A stretch of 64,000 nt of DNA from Candidatus Thorarchaeota archaeon. GTDB taxonomy: Archaea > Asgardarchaeota > Thorarchaeia > Thorarchaeales > Thorarchaeaceae. Numbering within the stretch: the stretch's first letter is position 1; each line of letters begins with the position of its first letter. The stretch lies in assembly GCA_046482545.1 (NCBI GenBank), contig JAWOEX010000013.1, forward strand, positions 1-64,000, in the 5' to 3' direction. The notes under the pieces are model-generated. The model was not told where the DNA came from, searched no databases, and saw only the letters and a program-made list of their open reading frames with translations. A program made the translations under genes and the position numbers. Shown here piece after piece: positions 60,947 to 64,000 of the stretch.

Positions 60947-62215
60947 ATGAGATTTGAAGGAAACAAAACCCACCGCGGCAGCTATTCCCCTTTTGATAGA
61001 CTGGCAGAGAGGTATGATGACTGGTTTGAAGACGATGGACGCTTAATCTTCTCTACTGAAGTGAAGGCCTTCTACACCCTGCTTCCAATGTTGCCTGAAC
61101 CATGGCTCGAAATAGGCGTTGGCAGTGGACGTTTCGCTAAGGCATTAGGAATTAGACTCGGTATTGATCCTTCCGGAAAATTGCTGGAAATGGCGAAACA
61201 AAGAGGAATAGATGTCATACTTGCGCGGGGCGAGGATGGGGTATTCAGGAATGAAACTTTAGGTACAGTGTTTATGATTGTTACTATCTGTTTTCTAGAT
61301 AACCTGTTTCTTACAGTTGTAGCAACTGCATGAAACTTCTGTGTTCCACCCCTCCCCTGCCAGCGTCGCCGCTCCCAAGGCTACCCAGTGGCTCCTTGAG
61401 TCAGCAGGGGCTTTGTCCGCGTTCACCGGAATAGGATTCCTCCCGCGGTCCTGGCTTCTTTCTCCTGTCGTTGTCCCGGGTCATCACTCCGGCGACAGCG
61501 AGGTCTTCCACAGTCTTTGCCACGGCGTGGTCATGATCACCCACCTCAGCTTTGTCACCGCCGCTGAGGAGGTCCATTACGGACAAGGTGAACAGCCGCG
61601 GACTCTCCGGAACCTGATGGGTTTCCTTTGGTGGAGAGTGAGGACTTCTGCTTAGTGGAACGAGTCCACCTCACAGCCTTCGGGGCTGAGCGCTTCTCCC
61701 GTTGGGGAGTGGCTCACCGCCCTAGTCCTACTAGACCGGACTCTCGTACCAGGCCTAATAAACTCCCCTCCAAGGCTACAATAGTGCTTGCAGGAAATGT
61801 TACAGTTATTTTACACTTTTCCACTCGCATTTTTTTAGGATTTTGTAAGATTTCTATCCCTCTAGACTCCCCTATGAAGGTTCTACAGGAGGCTAATCGC
61901 ATCCTCTCCCCAGGAGGTAGGCTTGTCCTTGGGCTGGTCTTACGAGAAAGCCCATGGGGCAAATACTATCGAGAAAAGAAGGCGGATGGACACCCTTTCT
62001 ATGATTATGCCACCTTTTCCACTATCAATGATATCACAACTTTGCTTCAAGAAACGGGGTTTATTATTGAGAAGACTGTATCAACACTTTTCCAAAAGCC
62101 AGGGAATGTCAAGCATACGGAAGAGCCCCGCGAAGGGTATTCACCAAAGGCGGGTTTCACCGTTCTCGTTGCAGCAAAGCGGGATAATGATGCTCCTGAC
62201 GGGAAAGAAGAATAA
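60947..62215 (+). pseudogene. Class I SAM-dependent methyltransferase interrupted by a 567 bp insertion
   Basis: 5' half has LEIGVGSGRF and GIDPS; 3' half has EANRILSPGG. Removing 61300-61866 restores an in-frame 233 aa ORF (..VTICFLD/SPMKVLQE..). Confidence 0.88.
61300..61860 (-). mobile_element. Non-autonomous, non-coding, RNA-structured insertion element without TIRs
   Basis: Bounded by TCTAGA direct repeats (61294-61299 and 61861-61866), interrupts a gene, has a subterminal hairpin at one end and 10-bp phased repeats at the other. Strand is inferred. Confidence 0.8.
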
Positions 62216-62517
62216 GGCCCCGCAGAGTGATAGTAATGCTTACCCACAAGAAGGCTTGCGTTGAACCTCAGCAGCTATCTGGGGCCAAAACCAACTTTTG
62301 CTAGTAGAAGGGATTGCAGTGCTTATTGGTTTCCGAATTGGAAGACTAGTTTCTCGTGATACAGAATCTAAATGAGTGGAAGTGGGACTTTCAGTGCCGT
62401 TATAGGTTTAGGATCAATAACATTGCTGAAAGATTTCTTTGCATTGCTTTCACCAATTCACGTGAAGTCAGAACAACATCTCAGAACTATCCACCGCAAC
62501 TTAGTATTCGTTGGTTC

Positions 62518-63291
62518 TTACCCGTTTATTTTGCCGGAGAGAAGCTTTTCCAACTCCGTTCTCAAGAGGGTCCGGGTGGCTTCCAAGCTCCAGTCTTCAG
62601 TCAAGGCTTGCTGTAATATTCTTCTTCTCGTTATGTGAATACGCTCATCAAATCCAAGATCAGGATTGTTTTCTAAGAACTCAGAAACTACTCTCCTTGT
62701 TGTCACATCAAGTTGGTCGTTGTTTTCATCTGTGACATGTCGGGGTTCTTTCTCAACTTCCAAGTCCTCCAGTTTCCTCAGAATTTCAATGGCCCCTTCC
62801 GAAGCAGCAGTGCTGCTTAAATCAATGGTTACCAACGGTTCATCCCATGCGTATTTCTTCCCTGGGAGGTCCAACCTTTCATCAATTCGCCGGATGACAT
62901 GTTCTGGGATTACGAACTCCCGTGCCCTGTTCCATTTCAAGGCTGTTTCAAGAGGAGTGCTTACAAAAACAGATTCATAGATACAATCGTGCTTGAGGGC
63001 GATATCGCGGATCTCGTGTCTCATGCTTGCATAGTAGTTTGTATCATCGTGCACAACTGACAGTTGCTTCTCAGCTATTGCATTGGCTTTTCTCAGTGCT
63101 TTCTTCCGCACCTCGTTTTCTTTGTTCGGCGTGAAATCTGCATAGAATACATCATCTCGCCAATCGTCTGTACTGATAATCTGTACATTTGATGGCAATG
63201 GATGATGGTGTTTGATTTGCTTGGCCAGGGTAGTCTTTCCAGAGGCGGGTATACCACAGAGTGCGATAAGAAATTGCTTCATGTTACCCAC
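62518..63291 (-). CDS. pstK: L-seryl-tRNA(Sec) kinase
   Basis: CGIPASGKTT, DDTNYYASMR, KYAWD; located in the Sec cluster. Confidence 0.88.
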   Translation of the reverse strand: MGNMKQFLIALCGIPASGKTTLAKQIKHHHPLPSNVQIISTDDWRDDVFYADFTPNKENEVRKKALRKANAIAEKQLSVVHDDTNYYASMRHEIRDIALKHDCIYESVFVSTPLETALKWNRAREFVIPEHVIRRIDERLDLPGKKYAWDEPLVTIDLSSTAASEGAIEILRKLEDLEVEKEPRHVTDENNDQLDVTTRRVVSEFLENNPDLGFDERIHITRRRILQQALTEDWSLEATRTLLRTELEKLLSGKING

Positions 63292-63359
63292 TATCGACTA
63301 CTTCACTTACGGACTACAGCATCATCTTATGGCCGTTTCTTTTGATGCTGAGTTAATGG

Positions 63360-64000
63360 CTATCGCCGAATGCGAATATTCAGGTCTTGTGCCAGTTCCT
63401 TGTATCTATTGCGGACTGTAACCTCAGTTACATTGGATGCTTTGGCAATCTCTCTCTGAGTTCGCCGGTCATCCTCAATAATACCGGCAATGTACAACGA
63501 AGCGGCTGCAATACCTCCTGGGTCTTTGCCTGCGGTTATCCCCTTCTTCTTGGCTGCATTGATAATCTTGGTAGCTGTTTGCACTGTCTTGCCGCTCATT
63601 TCCAAGTCTGATGAAATCCGTGGCATCAAATCGTTAGCCGAGGGTATGGGGATATGAACATCGACATGTCTGATGATAAGTCGAACACAATGGGCCAGGG
63701 ATTTCCTGTTAACCCTTGCTTCGCTGACCATCTCATCCAACTGTCGTGGGATTTTATGGATTCGGCAAGACAAGTATATAGCAGCAGATACCATTCCTTC
63801 AATACTTCTTCCCCTAACAAGACGCTTATTCAAGGCTTTTCTATAGATTAGGGCTGCAGTCTCCTTCGTTTCCCGTGGGATACCTAGCTGGGAACAAAGC
63901 CTATCCATCTCACTCATAGCAAGACTCAGATTACGGTGCTGAGAACTATGAGCTAGTGTGCGGATCTGCCATTTACGCATTCTGTAAATTGCAGCTCGCC
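63360..64000 (-). CDS. tfb: Transcription initiation factor IIB (5' partial)
   Basis: RKWQ, RNL..A, GRSIE, GKDP.G.AAA.LY, VTEVTVRNRYKEL. Confidence 0.97.
   Translation of the reverse strand, partial: RAAIYRMRKWQIRTLAHSSQHRNLSLAMSEMDRLCSQLGIPRETKETAALIYRKALNKRLVRGRSIEGMVSAAIYLSCRIHKIPRQLDEMVSEARVNRKSLAHCVRLIIRHVDVHIPIPSANDLMPRISSDLEMSGKTVQTATKIINAAKKKGITAGKDPGGIAAASLYIAGIIEDDRRTQREIAKASNVTEVTVRNRYKELAQDLNIRIRR

Noticed and set aside
61341-61860. ORFs inside the insertion (104 aa, 61 aa, 82 aa, and the N-terminal part of 61628-62215)
   Set aside because: They have no recognisable motifs and are most likely chance ORFs in GC-rich structured DNA.
61294-61866. Insertion read as a group II intron, group I intron or Helitron
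   Set aside because: No GUGYG start or domain V, and no recognisable group I P/Q/R/S cores. Helitron-style TC...CTAG boundaries would frameshift the empty site, and the other copies lack CTAG.

Overview
Core chromosomal segment of an Asgard archaeon, most likely Thorarchaeia. This is inferred from gene content: a giant Ig-like membrane protein with a cytoplasmic longin-like tail, a roadblock protein, and a Sec pathway with a 9/4-fold tRNA-Sec. In order, the window holds: a large surface protein (5' partial), a CopB-type Cu ATPase, a 1.6 kb non-coding gap, a his operon (G-D-C-B-H-A-F-I, no hisE), an asparaginase, a two-intron tRNA-Ser(GGA) followed by S13-S4-S11, tiaS, tsr3, RNase P RNA, and the L22-to-cbf5 ribosomal superoperon (with an inserted Hsp20 and an HhH-repeat-extended eL32). 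Assorted housekeeping genes follow, then a selenocysteine cluster (selB, SepSecS, tRNA-Sec, PSTK) and TFB (partial). The most unusual signal is a ~561 bp non-coding insertion (61300-61860) that cleanly interrupts a methyltransferase gene. It is flanked by a TCTAGA direct repeat, has no terminal inverted repeats, encodes no recognisable protein and is densely self-complementary. Its terminal hairpin motif (ATAACCTGTTTCTTACAGTTG..CAACTG) recurs as isolated ~37 bp copies in intergenic DNA, and more degenerately at the ends of two other structured non-coding regions. This suggests a family of RNA-encoding non-autonomous mobile elements. All calls are by eye, with no database searches.
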